Shown here: positions 26,348 to 38,408 of the stretch, in pieces
How positions within the stretch are numbered: the stretch's first letter is position 1
How the letters are laid out: every line of letters begins with the position of its first letter
Source: Marsupella aquatica
Lineage: Eukaryota > Plantae > Marchantiophyta
Assembly: GCA_973895155.1 (NCBI GenBank)
Contig: OZ316895.1
Location: forward strand, 16,720,170 to 16,784,169
Direction: 5' to 3'
DNA length: 64,000 bases
Translations under genes and position numbers: made by a program
The notes under the pieces: generated by a model
The model's input: the letters and a program-made list of their open reading frames with translations, nothing else
Databases searched by the model: none
Told to the model about the DNA's origin: nothing

Positions 26348-27090
26348 GGAAGAAGGGAAGCAGCAGCGTAAGTCAGTGATCTGTCGCTTTGTTGAATGGC
26401 TAATTCGCTTCCGATTGAAGAAACACCAGTTCGGCCACCGATGACCTCACTGCTCACGAGTCTGACAGAAAGAGAGCACCAAAACTCGGTCCTATGAGCT
26501 CTCGAAACTGTCGTCTACTGTGCATTCTCCGCCTGTTGCCACTGTGGGTTCATAGAGATTTGAGCTTCGACATACAGTCGAGGCCACCACTACGGACCCA
26601 GAGTTCCAGGCACCAAATCCGCTACAGGAAACTCAATTCCAGAGACGAGAGGGAAACAGAGGAGCGAGGGTCTCAGAATTTGTCACATTGTGGGCTCTTC
26701 CCGCATCATTACAATACAGTGAGGACTGAGGAGTCATTGGTAGCTTGAGAGTAATAATAAGCGTTAGCTCGAGGAAGCTGTAGCTTTGAGCTGCTGAATG
26801 AATGATGGACTCGGCTGCTCGCGTTTATTGAAGGGCCCGACAAAGTCTGGTAAAGGTTGTGTGCGAGATATGCTATGTGTGAACAGTTATATACTGTAGC
26901 CTAGTACTGGATTGGATTCCACTCCCAGCCCAGGTGCTTGAGTCAATGACAGATCGGTGTTGATGACAAACACGTCTTGGATTCCTGCCTTGCTCCTTTC
27001 CTTCCATCATGGCCCTTCTTTCTACCTTTCTTAACGGACAGAGGGACAGCAAAACACATGCATTTTTGAAGCTAGACACTCTTTGACTCG

Positions 27091-27265
27091 TGTACACAAA
27101 TTTGTTTTTTGGGCTGAACTTTAGTTTACTATGGTGATGGGGGGCCTTTTTTGTACACAGATTTGTATTTTGGCTGAACTTACAGTTCACTATGGTGATG
27201 GGGGGCATTTTTTCACACAAATATGTTTTCTGGCTGGACTTTAGTTGACTTTGGTGATGGGGACT
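27091..27265. repeat. About 60-bp tandem repeat x3
   Basis: Unit approximately GTACACAAATTTGTTTTTTGGGCTGAACTTTAGTTTACTATGGTGATGGGGGGCCTTTTTT. Confidence 0.85.
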
Positions 27266-27474
27266 GCAAATGCCCCCTAGCATATCTCCTGGCTTATTGA
27301 TAAAGCCATATGAACTCTAGATGTTAGTTCATCCTATTGTGACATTGCTTTGGTACATGCCTTTGTGATGGGCCTGGTTTATGGTCTGTTGTTTGTAAGG
27401 GGGAAATCACCCTTGAGTAGCTCCTTTGAATATGATTCGTCCATGTCCATTGTGACCGTAATCCCCACCATAGA

Positions 27475-27872
27475 TAAAAGCCATGCGGCTGGGGGTTTGA
27501 CTTAGGAATATTCTCTGTGATGTTGTGAGTAAAATGTGATAAACCCGTGCAAGCGGGGGTTCGACTTAGGAATATTGCTGTGAAAGTGTGAGTAAACTGT
27601 AATCCATCCTGGATGCATAAATCCATGGTAGCAGTTTGGTAATCCTAGAGAACCTGGGTCGGTAACTCCAACCTGCCATCGTTGAAAACAATGCAACTGG
27701 GAATTATACTTAGGAATGTTCTCTGTGATACTGTGAGTAAAATGTGATAAACCCATGCAACTGGGGGTTTGACTTCGCAATATTTATTGTGAGATTGTGA
27801 GTGAAATGTGATCCATCCTGGATGCAAAAATTCACAGTACGTAGCAGTTCGGTAAATCTAGAGATCCTGGGG
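27475..27872. repeat. Higher-order tandem repeat (about 64-bp monomers within two larger blocks)
   Basis: Four monomers resembling GACTTAGGAATATTCTCTGTGATGTTGTGAGTAAAATGTGAT. Each pair is followed by ATCCATCCTGGATGCA...GTAGCAGTT.GGTAA..TAGAGA.CCTGGG. Confidence 0.8.
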
Positions 27873-28724
27873 CTCTATTTTCTGCACAATTGATTTGCAA
27901 GAGGAAAAACCAGTTTCAAATTTTTGCATCTTATTTATAAATCCTGTAACTACCATAAGTTTATGTGGGGCATTACACATGATTGAATGTGCCCAAGACA
28001 ATTTAGAATAGACCTCTTGCCACACCAAAGTTGAAATTAGAGCATGATTGTCTGTGATTGAACTTGGGACATCCTAAGCACAAGTCACCCCTGGCCACTT
28101 GAGCTGCACCACCAGGCCCAACTCAAGTGATTTATTTATTTTGGTTTGCTGTTATACACTAATGTATTTATCTCATTGAGGGCCTTGTTCTAAGCAAGGT
28201 TTCCCTGACAGATCTTTGGAGTCCATAGCCACAATTACTTCCTAAAGCTTTGGTAAGAGCATCTACATTGGGACTCAGCCACGCCATCCAACAAAGTACT
28301 GAGCCCTTCTAGCACCCCTTACTGGGCAGTCACAAGGGGCTGGACAGGTTCCCTGCCCAAACCCCAGAGCCTTGCTCACATCTTCAGGCTTAAGTATCTT
28401 TGGGCTGGAATGGAGAGCTTCATTTGCTGTCATTGTTTGATCAAGAGGTTCAATCACTGACAACAGTCCGCTGGTAATGGCCAGAAAGTAGTGATGGTGG
28501 TCTATAATTTTAGCAATTCACATCAGCATTTCCTTGGGCCCTCTGCTTGCCACACCATACTAGAATGGAACCCCAGTTTTTGTAAAACAAACCTGAGTCA
28601 CCTCCACTCATTATAGAGTCAAGATTTAATCTCAAAGGGAATATATAAAAGAAACAATGGACCCCGGGTTCATGGGAAAGAAACCTTATGTTCTGGGGTT
28701 TGTTAGGAACAGCATGGAAAGCTT

Positions 28725-28782
28725 TTTTTCATGAACCTTCTGGTCATGTCACTTTTTTCATGAACCTTCTGGTCATGTCACT
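28725..28782. repeat. 29-bp tandem duplication
   Basis: TTTTTCATGAACCTTCTGGTCATGTCAC occurs twice head-to-tail. Confidence 0.9.
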
Positions 28783-30283
28783 GACAATTGACCAACTTAC
28801 CTACAAATTTCTAAAGAAGACTGTCTAGTTTTCTTGCTACGTACCACTCTTCTGTGTAGTATATACTACATGAGTAGAAAAGAGGGTCTTGTTGTAGTCC
28901 ATATGGGTTGCAAAAGTCTACCCAAGCATTTTGACAAACATGAGGGCGCGCCTATGGAGCTTCAATTTAAAATTTGGAGGCTCCTGAAAATTCTAGGGGA
29001 AAACAGCCTCTATGACTCCACAGGCCCCAGAAAAGCAGGAAGTGCATCTTTCAAAAGGTATCCCAGCAATTTAATTCTGACTTTGGGTTTTTATAGACGG
29101 CCAGCTAGAGAGGACACACACCAAAGTTAGCTCTGCACAATCTGTCTGCAGTTTCAGAAAGGTGGACTAAAAAGATGTAATAAAAAGTTGGCTCAAACTA
29201 GAAAACAAATGCGAAACATGAGAGCCCACTCAATCGCAGGTTACACCATCACAACACCACAAGTGGAGAAATTTTTGAAATATCCATAATATATTAAAGT
29301 ACATATGAAGAATGAGTCAGGGAGAGAATGCTCTCCCTCCAACCTTTACCTCCCAAGGGGAACTAAGATGCGTGTGCCAAAAGTAAGTGATTGTATCTGA
29401 TCCTAATCAAATCAAGGTTTAAGTAACCCTAGTAAGGCCAAACTAACTATAGTTGGGAACTCAAGAGTATTCATAACAAAGGAGCATTGAGTATAAATAA
29501 AATATAATTATAACTACTGAGAAAATGATTTAAAGAACAAATAACAAATTTTCATCATCAGCTTGAATAGGGTCTCCATCAAAACTTTTGAATAGGATCT
29601 TAAATCCTCTTGGCACGTAAATTAATTTCCTATTCTAAAATCTTGTTATCCCAGTTCAAATGAATGTTTGTATGATTTTAAGAATCATATGTGAGGGAAA
29701 TGTTTGGAATGTACATCCCTTCAAGGTTATCAGCTCATTCCATCCAGGATTAAGAAATTTTAAAATATAGAGAGACCTTCTCACTCAAGAGCATGGCATG
29801 GAGGTAGTTGGCCCAAACTACACTCACTTCTTGAGATTTCTAGGTGTTTATGAAAATTTGACCCTTGAGCCAATCAACATGATTCAAGACACTAAACTCA
29901 TCGTCCTCTTCCCAAACAGTTTCCCCAAGAGTTCAATATATCCAAATTCTTCAATCAGCCAATCACTACTAACTTGGGACATGAACTCCCTACTCCCTTC
30001 CTCCAATTCAAAAGTTCCTCAACTTGTTTCCAATATCAGGTCTTTTCCTCACTTCAAGCCACTTACATTGCTTCCAATCACACGGGCTTTTTGGCTCTTT
30101 GGTCTTCATGAGGTTTTCACTTGTTTCCTCTACCCTTATTGGGTCTTGAGACTGTTTTCCAGGGATTTTCACTTGTTTCCTTTCCTTTTATTGGGTCTCA
30201 TGCCTGTGGGATGTGTCTCCCAGTTGGGTGCCTTTTGTTTTGTTTTTGGCAGTGTGCTATACAATCAAAAGAGTACCTCCTAA

Positions 30284-31070
30284 GTGCAAGGTAATCTGGA
30301 TCCAATCCCAAGACAGTTCCTGGCAATCCTAGTTGCCCATCCTTACCAGACTGTGCTGTTATTGGATTGATTCATTGTGCTCAGGCCACCTACAAAGATC
30401 AGATTCTACGCTATACAGCTCAAAGTCATTTACTCTAGAGCGGGCTTAAAAGCAAGGGGCATAAGCACCAAGGGGCCTACAAAAGGGGTATAACAAATGT
30501 GTTTGCAGGCAATTAAATAGGCTTAATGGTGGACACCAGAAAATCCTTTCATATTCTGGTCCGGTGGCACTTATGGCATGCTGAGAAGCCTTCACATAGC
30601 AAAAAGTTTGTCTAGTCACAATATGATCATCATATTTATGTACGGTCAGATCTGGGTAAATATATATCACTGATCGCAATGAGAAGCTAGAGTTGGGGGC
30701 TAGGTTTCTAAAGTGAAACCTTTAGTCCATGACTCTAGGGTCCACCCAAATTTATGTAGATGGAAAGAATTATGAGATATTATGTATGTCAAAAAATTGT
30801 CAACATTTCTATTAACATTCAAAGGATGGGCATTCAGACTCATTATTACTTAAACTCTGTACAAACTCCTTTGTATCATTGGCAAGCCTCTTCATCTGGT
30901 AGCAAATGTGCCACAAAGGAAACACTGGTGCCAAGCATGGGATTCATATTTCGAATAGAGAACCCAGAGACCAAACAAACAGCCCACCAAGTGCGTAAAT
31001 GCCAAGAGCCATTGAGAAGTAGCTCAACGGAGACCACCATGCATCACAGATATTTAGTGGGACCTTGAGT
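30284..31070 (-). mobile_element. Possible decayed MULE/MuDR transposase fragment
   Basis: Minus strand EYERIFWCP...CRPLG and downstream QELSWDWIQITL resemble the MuDR motifs FxRxFW...CRP and ExxESWxWFL. Many stops. Confidence 0.3.
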
Positions 31071-31996
31071 CAGACCGTGTGGAAGAAAATTTGACGTCAA
31101 CTCGGCTCACATTCCCACAGTAATGATCCTAGTGACCGTTGCAAACTTGTGACACAATAATTGTTCATTTATACAAGTATTCATTCAAAAGAAAATAAAC
31201 AAAACTTTTCTCGGTGCAGAAAGAATCATCCCCCGTTCATATTATTTAATTGTTTTTATGGGTTTCTTTCTTCTGGGCCCAGTTCATTGACCCTATGCAC
31301 AGTTCCATTAGTTAATAATTGAGCAGAAGTTAGTGCAGTTCATCATATTGCCAGCATATGTAGATACAGTGTATGGACAGCAACGTACTGTGGTGTATGT
31401 TGTTGAGCGATTTTTTGTATTTACTGTAGTTGGTCTTGAGAGTACCTTCCACGTTTATAGGACTGCACCGTTACCACACCTGGACTGAAATAAGGATTTT
31501 GTTGGCAGGCAGGCAAGGCAGATGCATCGTTCGAAGTACCTTTATTCTTATTATTTTCTTTTTTTCTTATAACGAATATTGTTCCAGCTAGAACACAAAC
31601 CTCTTGCAAGGTTCTTGCTTACTTTTGAAAAAAATCTTTCAGTCTTGTCGTTTTCTTGATTGCTCGCCAGACCTGGCCTGCTGACATTATTATCAGGTTT
31701 TTTGTTCTAAAGTTGTGGGTGATGACTTTTTATATGTCACACTGTCAAACAACAAAAAGTGTCAAACAGGGAGACATGATGCCAGAACCCCAATAAAGGG
31801 GGTTTGCACTGTGACAGTACTTGTCCCTATTTCAACCTTTCCTCGTTGGGTGTCTGTTTAGCTGTTACTCATTATCTCTCGATGAGGTTTCACATTGTCA
31901 CAGGTGCTCTCAAAAGGTCCTCTATAGAGCTCTAAGACTCAGCTATTTTAACTTATTCACCACAAAGGCTATTCTATTTTATATAGAATATTCACT

Positions 31997-32117
31997 TATT
32001 GAACTAATTATTGAAACAAATATTATCCTGTAATATTGAACTAATTATTGAAACAAATATTATCCTGTAATATTGAACTAATTATTGAAAAAAATATTAT
32101 CCTGTAATATTGAAATA
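31997..32117. repeat. 37-bp tandem repeat x3
   Basis: Unit TATTGAACTAATTATTGAAACAAATATTATCCTGTAA. Confidence 0.9.
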
Positions 32118-35100
32118 ATGAATGTGTACAAGTAAATAAAAAAGTGCAGTACTATTTGAGTGAAAAGAGAAATAGACTAACTTGAATGTACCTTGGTAAA
32201 GCACTTTCTAGATGAAAGTGAAGCACACTAACGCGATTTCTTCCTGGATTTCTGTTGTATTCTGAGGGGCTCTCCATTCAAGTACACCTATTGATGCAAA
32301 ACCCATAAACAAAATTGGAAACTTTTAAAGCAATGGATGGATATGATTTTAATTAGTTGTCTGATTGTGCAAGATAGACTATCCATCTCATGCAAATAGA
32401 AGGAGGAATCCCGTTGATTAATTAAGCTATTTCAATAATATTTTGATAAAATAGAATAAAGTCTGTTAAAATCAAGAAATGGAGTACAAAGACTAAAATA
32501 CCTAATCAAAAATACGAAATTGAGTAATTAAAAGAATTGGAAAGGAATTGATAAAATCAAAAGAATACAAAGCCTACACATCTTTTAGACCGAATTGACA
32601 TACAAATATACACCAAATAAATCCAGTAAAACAAGATAGTAAGAAGGAGTCTAGCCATATTGTCAGTAGTGTCAAATGATATAGTAGTTCGAATGATGTC
32701 TCCCCTTTTATCCTCCTCTGACCTCCAGGTGAAAGTACTGTACTGAGAACTATCAGAGTTGTGTACAACTTTGTTTTTTTCTAAGTGGAAGGGAAACCCA
32801 CTACTAGATTGTACAGCCAGCCACACAACTAGCGGCACATGCATTCTTCATGAAAACTAGAAATAGAAAGGGAGATTTGAGGTCAACCTTTGCTCTTGCA
32901 AACTCTTTGGAAACAAAAAAGGTGTCAATGAGTGGAGTGTCAGAGTCCATGCAGGTTACAGTGTTCGCTACTGTAGCTACAGCAGGTCCATGGGGAGCTA
33001 ATGTTTAGCTGTTACTCATTATGAAAGCTACTTATCATTAAAAGGCCACCTTCGCTTAGGAAGCATGAGAATTGAGAAGTACTACAGTAAGTGGGAGTTT
33101 GACGATCCTATTACAGAAACTTAGACGAGTAACTTTAAGCTCGTGACTCCTGAGATAGACACTGTACAGTACTATATGTCATGTCATTGTACACGCCTAC
33201 CGTATGTGATCGTCGTGTTATGAGTGGTCCGAATACACCCCTTACTTTCAGGACGTGAGACTTACGTCCACATATGAAAAGAAATTTCGAATGCATTGTG
33301 TTTATGGAAAGCTCATTACAACGAAGAACCATGATTAGCTCTAAGTTACAACGCTCATCGATGTGCTATCTACTGTGGGTTTAATCAATGTTAACTAAAA
33401 GCGTCACATCCCCTGATTCACATAAGATCCATACAGGTTGACAAGCCGTCTGAAGGCAACATCGGGGCACTCACCTCCATGATTGGGCCCATAATAGATG
33501 CAAGTGAGATCTAAGAAATAAATTGTGTGTTCAAAATTAGATAACAGAGGACTTTAGTTTTACCGTGCATTCATGATTGCGTTCCTACCTTCTAAAGGCC
33601 TCCTTCCATTTTATCTTATCATGACTGTACTCAGTTTTGAAATTCGATTTGTTCGTTTCTAACAAAAGGAAAGCTTCGACGATCAATGAATTAATTTAAA
33701 AAACCCATTCGTACTACTACCAGATAAAACAACTTCAAGTGCATTTTTAGCCTGAATTGCATGGCAGAGGCCAGGCTCTCGTCATAGAGGTTAAATTATT
33801 AGTGTTCAGCTCGCCACTCAGCTTATTGAAGGGATGCCATTGCACTTTGACACTATGGCTCTGACCTGTACATTACAGTAATGCAATGAATGGAGATGTA
33901 CAGTAATTGTACCTGCATTGACGACTTGAAATACATCACTGGAGGTACCCAAATACTGTACGCAACACACGATCAAGAGACCACCATCATGGTAAAGAGG
34001 ATCAAATCTGATATTCAGGGGAAATTCACGATTATCTGAAACTGCATGTCACCCCGCAATTACTTCTGAGATCCTTAGTGAAGAAAACCAATCTCTTATT
34101 CTTTCAGCAGACACTTTGTTTTCTCTGCTGCCAAACTTACTTGGTTTACAACTGAGACCAAAGTAATCCTGAACCAAGATGTGATCATTATAATAGGGTA
34201 GCAACCTGTCCCAGGGTTTTGCTGTAAAAGCCCTAGTGGTCATCCCAGGTTCCAAAATTGCGAGGGGTTCTTGGACAGACGTACATTCTGCCCACAGGAT
34301 TGATTGCTACTATACCCATGATTGGATGCCCTGTCACTAGCTATATAAAAATGAGCAACCAGCTCATCAAAGCAGGGGAACCTCTTCGTCACTCATCGTC
34401 CAATCCTCCACCAAGGGCCGATTCCCTTTATAAACTTGCTAGGTTCTAATTGACCAATGTGCGCTATTATCTCATCTTTCCTAAAACATGAAAGGTGTTT
34501 ATTGAGCCTATTGAATCGATTTGGACAGTCCAGCAAATGCTCTATTTATCTAGGCAGCAGCTGTGAGAACGTAGTATACTTAGGCAGCAGCTGTAAGATT
34601 ATAGATTGCAGGAAGCAGCTGGCCCCATTCGGAGCAATCTTCAGTTGTTTCCTTAAGACCATGGTTTATACATTTTATATTTAAGTTTACAGTTCGGGGA
34701 TGTGAGATATCCTTGTGGATCTAAACTTGCGCCCATTCAATCAATCTCTCTCTATTCCTTGAATTGTGGCCTTTATTGTCGCAGTCGGACTAAAAATTTA
34801 CCGATTTGTTCAATTTCTCTCTAAACTGCAGCACCTACCTAGATTTTCAGGCATAAATCCGGAAAGAGAGCAATTTTTTTCCTCTACTACAATGATTAGA
34901 TTGGAATCAAAGTCAACACAATGGAAAAAACTACTTAAACAAACGCCATTGACCCACTTAAATTGACTCACACAGACTCTGGATCTGGGAATTCATGATT
35001 ACTAACAGGAACTACCATTTTTTCTTGTATTGAGCGGAACTTGAATCTTCTTTATAGCTCTAAGATCACAAGAACCAGAAGCACAGGAGCTTGCTTGCAA

Positions 35101-35751
35101 CTTAGCCAGACGCATAGCTCAATCATGAATCATGAATCGTTCATGTTCCTAGGGGTGCTAGTTAACATTTAGCTGACATTAGCATAACGGAGTCCAAGGT
35201 AGTTGTGCACTATGTAAACCTTACGGTGAGTCCTTATTGACTTGGAAAGGTCACGTTGAGGACGACAGTGCTCGCAATAGTGCAGAACCAACAAGTCAAA
35301 ATCCAGCACCCCCTGCACTTGACCATCAATTCCCTCTTGTCAGCATATATCACAGCCGGACCCTTGTCTTGAATGCTACTCAGCATTTACTGCAAAGTAC
35401 TTGACGTTGTCCAACTATATTCAAAAGCAAGCTCTAAGAGAGCAAAAAAGACCACGAAACAGAGTACGCTACACAAGCGATTGGCAATTTCAGCACTCCA
35501 TGATTGAGAATAGAATAAATAAGAGTTGATAGTTAGCCCCTTTGTATGTTGTCAGGAGAATAAATGATTTTAAAATCACTCCTCACTCCGCTCTCGCCAA
35601 TATCGGACCGTGGGTTGGGGAGATATCACCACCCATCCCAGGCGATGGTTCCATGAGGTCGCCACAGGGGCTACTAGCCCAAAACACTAAAACAACAGTA
35701 GTACCCACCAGCCAATAAGTATACTTACTATCTCCACAGGGTGGGGAAAAC

Positions 35752-35850
35752 TATTGAGTATGGTACTGAACTGTATGGTTCAAGGAGTAAGTGGCATCGA
35801 CAAAATATTGAGTATGGTACTGAACTGTATGGTTCAAGGAGTAAGTGGTA
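35752..35850. repeat. Tandem duplication, 54-bp period
   Basis: TATTGAGTATGGTACTGAACTGTATGGTTCAAGGAGTAAGTGG occurs twice. Confidence 0.9.
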
Positions 35851-36279
35851 TCCTTGACGCAAGCTTGTGAGCCACCATATATATTTCGGTACAATTGTAC
35901 TTCCTTAAACAAAGGTGCAATTAGCTATAGCGTAAGGACATTCTTAACAAATACAGAAGGCTAGCCAAATGCAAGTGCATTGCACAATATTGACAAGCGA
36001 AAATGTTTTCAAGTGGAAATGATGCGCCCGGGGAGTCATCGGAATGGCAACTGGATTTTGAAATGTGCAAACTGCAGGGAGAGTGAAGGGTGTCATACAG
36101 AGAAGGTGCACAATGGAGCCTTTAGGTCCATCTAACTGTTACAAAAGAGATGCCACCATAATGACTTTTCATAAACATACCATGAACAAGAAAAAGTTGG
36201 ATTGTATATGCCAACAAGTTAACACAACTATTTTTGTTTCAAAAGTCATTTCTATTTGTTAAATGACAACTACCTGTAC

Positions 36280-36745
36280 AAAAGCTATGAGTTACCCTTA
36301 GATCTCATTATGTAGTGCACAAGTTCACATTCACTATGAATGGACTTGTGTATAAGAGCTATGGGTTACCCCTAGCTCTCATTATACTATGAATGGACTT
36401 GTTCAGATTCACTATGAATGGACTTGTCTATAAGAGCTATGGGTTACCCCTAGCTCTCATTATACTATGAATGGACTTGTTCAGATTCACTATGAATGGA
36501 CTTGTCTATAAGAGCTATGGGTTACCCCTAGCTCTCATTAGTTTCACTATGTATGGACTTGTGTATAAGAGCTATGGGTTACCCCTAGCTCTCATTAGTT
36601 TCATTATGAATGTACTTGTGTATAGGAGCTATGGGTTACCCCTAGCTCTCATTATATAGTGCACACATTAGGTTTCACTATGAATAGACTTGTTCTAAAC
36701 AGGGACTTGAGCACATTCAGTTTCATTGTGAATGGACTTGTGCAG
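36280..36745. repeat. Minisatellite with units of about 58-83 bp (5-6 copies)
   Basis: Recurrent TTCACTATGAATGGACTTGT(G/C)TATAAGAGCTATGGGTTACCCCTAGCTCTCATTA. Confidence 0.9.
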
Positions 36746-36984
36746 AGCAGGACTTGAGCTGAGCTGTTAGTACACTGTTCACCATGGGACAGGAATGAAC
36801 AGTAGCCTCACAGGGAATGGGGCCCTTTTATATGGGCAGGTGTAGTTTTAAACACAATGCATAAAGATCAGGTATTCCACAAACAGGAATAAGCCATGGA
36901 GCAAGAAACCAAACCAGACTCATCTAACAAACCTAAACTCCTGTAGACATTTCTGGAATGTTTGGCTGCAAACAAAGAAACATA

Positions 36985-37115
36985 GTTGGTGGGGGGGAAT
37001 AGTTGCCCAACATCTAGAAAATAAAAATGTTTGGTGGGGGGAATAGTTGCCCAACATCTAGAAAATAAAAAAGTTTGGTTGGGGGAATAGTTGCCCAACA
37101 TCTAGAAATAAAAAA
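36985..37115. repeat. About 45-bp tandem repeat x3
   Basis: Unit TTGGTGGGGGGAATAGTTGCCCAACATCTAGAAA(A)TAAAAA. Confidence 0.9.
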
Positions 37116-38408
37116 CTGTTGGCAGAGTCACACATGACAGTTTTTTCCATCCATTGTGCAGCGAAACCATGAACCTATCCATGATCACGTCGTCAAGAAA
37201 TTTGAAGTGCACTCTGAATTTCAGTCGCACACACGACTCGAGCAAGGTGCTTTTGAACTGCGACAGGGATAAAGCGAGAGGTCCAACGTGGATATACCGT
37301 GACGAAGGCAAAGGTTGTCGTTTGGAGATGTCCACTATGTATTTGAAATGGAACCACTTCATCTAGAAACCAGATAGGCCATCGTTGGGAGAAAGTGGTT
37401 GTGACTTGTGACCTACATTGTGGTCGCTCAGTGTCTAAAAGCTCGCTTTCGCTTATAACGCAACAAACCTCTGCATTTGCAAAACCCTCGATATCCTAAG
37501 ACCAGCCAGTTTTGGTCGATTTTCAGCTCTGGTTTCTACTCCAAACGCGGGCCCAGAGAGTGGAATGAAAAACCGGATTCATTCTAGGAAGCATCCACAT
37601 TGAACTTTGCACCATAGTGAGAAAAGAGGAGCCACAGGGTAAAACGGAAAGCTCCCAAGGCACAATTGGGCGTACCACCCATTTCAGTGAAAGAAGTACG
37701 TCAAGTTGCAGCTCAAGAATGGGCACCTTGTTGCCAACCAATCCTAAGCGCCTCTACTCTTTTAAAAGGGCAGGCAAAATTACAAGAGAATTTTTCCCAG
37801 AACGAAACATGACAGCGCCGATTCAAAATTCCAGAAGTCCATACAGGTATAATGGGATCAAATGATCTTGATAGCATCACTATTTATACATAAAATTGCC
37901 AGGGGCCTCACATGCATCTTCACATAATCGACCGTCGGAATCTGAAGCCTTCATCTTCATGACCTTTTCTAGCTCCATAGTGTCAAGACATGTCCCAACT
38001 TTTTTAACTACTTATAAGCCAATGATATTCCTGTGACTAAAAAGAATGTAATTTTTTCTTGTGGGAGGAAAGCCTACAGTTCTTGAAACCCTTCATTCAT
38101 CCATCATACCATTGCAAGCTCTACCGGCCAATCATTCCTGTCTCCCCAGAAAAGCTTCTAAGGTCCATGATGCTCAGAACATTATGGTCCTGGGAAGAAT
38201 AATCTCGCCGAGTTTGGGAGTATGCACCTCATCTGCATTTAACACTGAATGTTACGACAGTAGAGCGGGTAAGCAGGATTGTTGAGCGGACATCCCAGCC
38301 CATCCGTTCCAAATCTTTGGATGCTATGAAACTCTGACGTCTGGAAATTCCTGCACACTCGAATCATGGTGAGGATCCACACGCTGAGTCAACTCAGATC
38401 TGGTGGCC

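Noticed and set aside
36280-37115. Regularly spaced repeats resembling a CRISPR array
   Set aside because: Eukaryotic context, no unique spacers and no cas genes; these are ordinary minisatellites. The same applies to 27091-27872 and 45843-46930.
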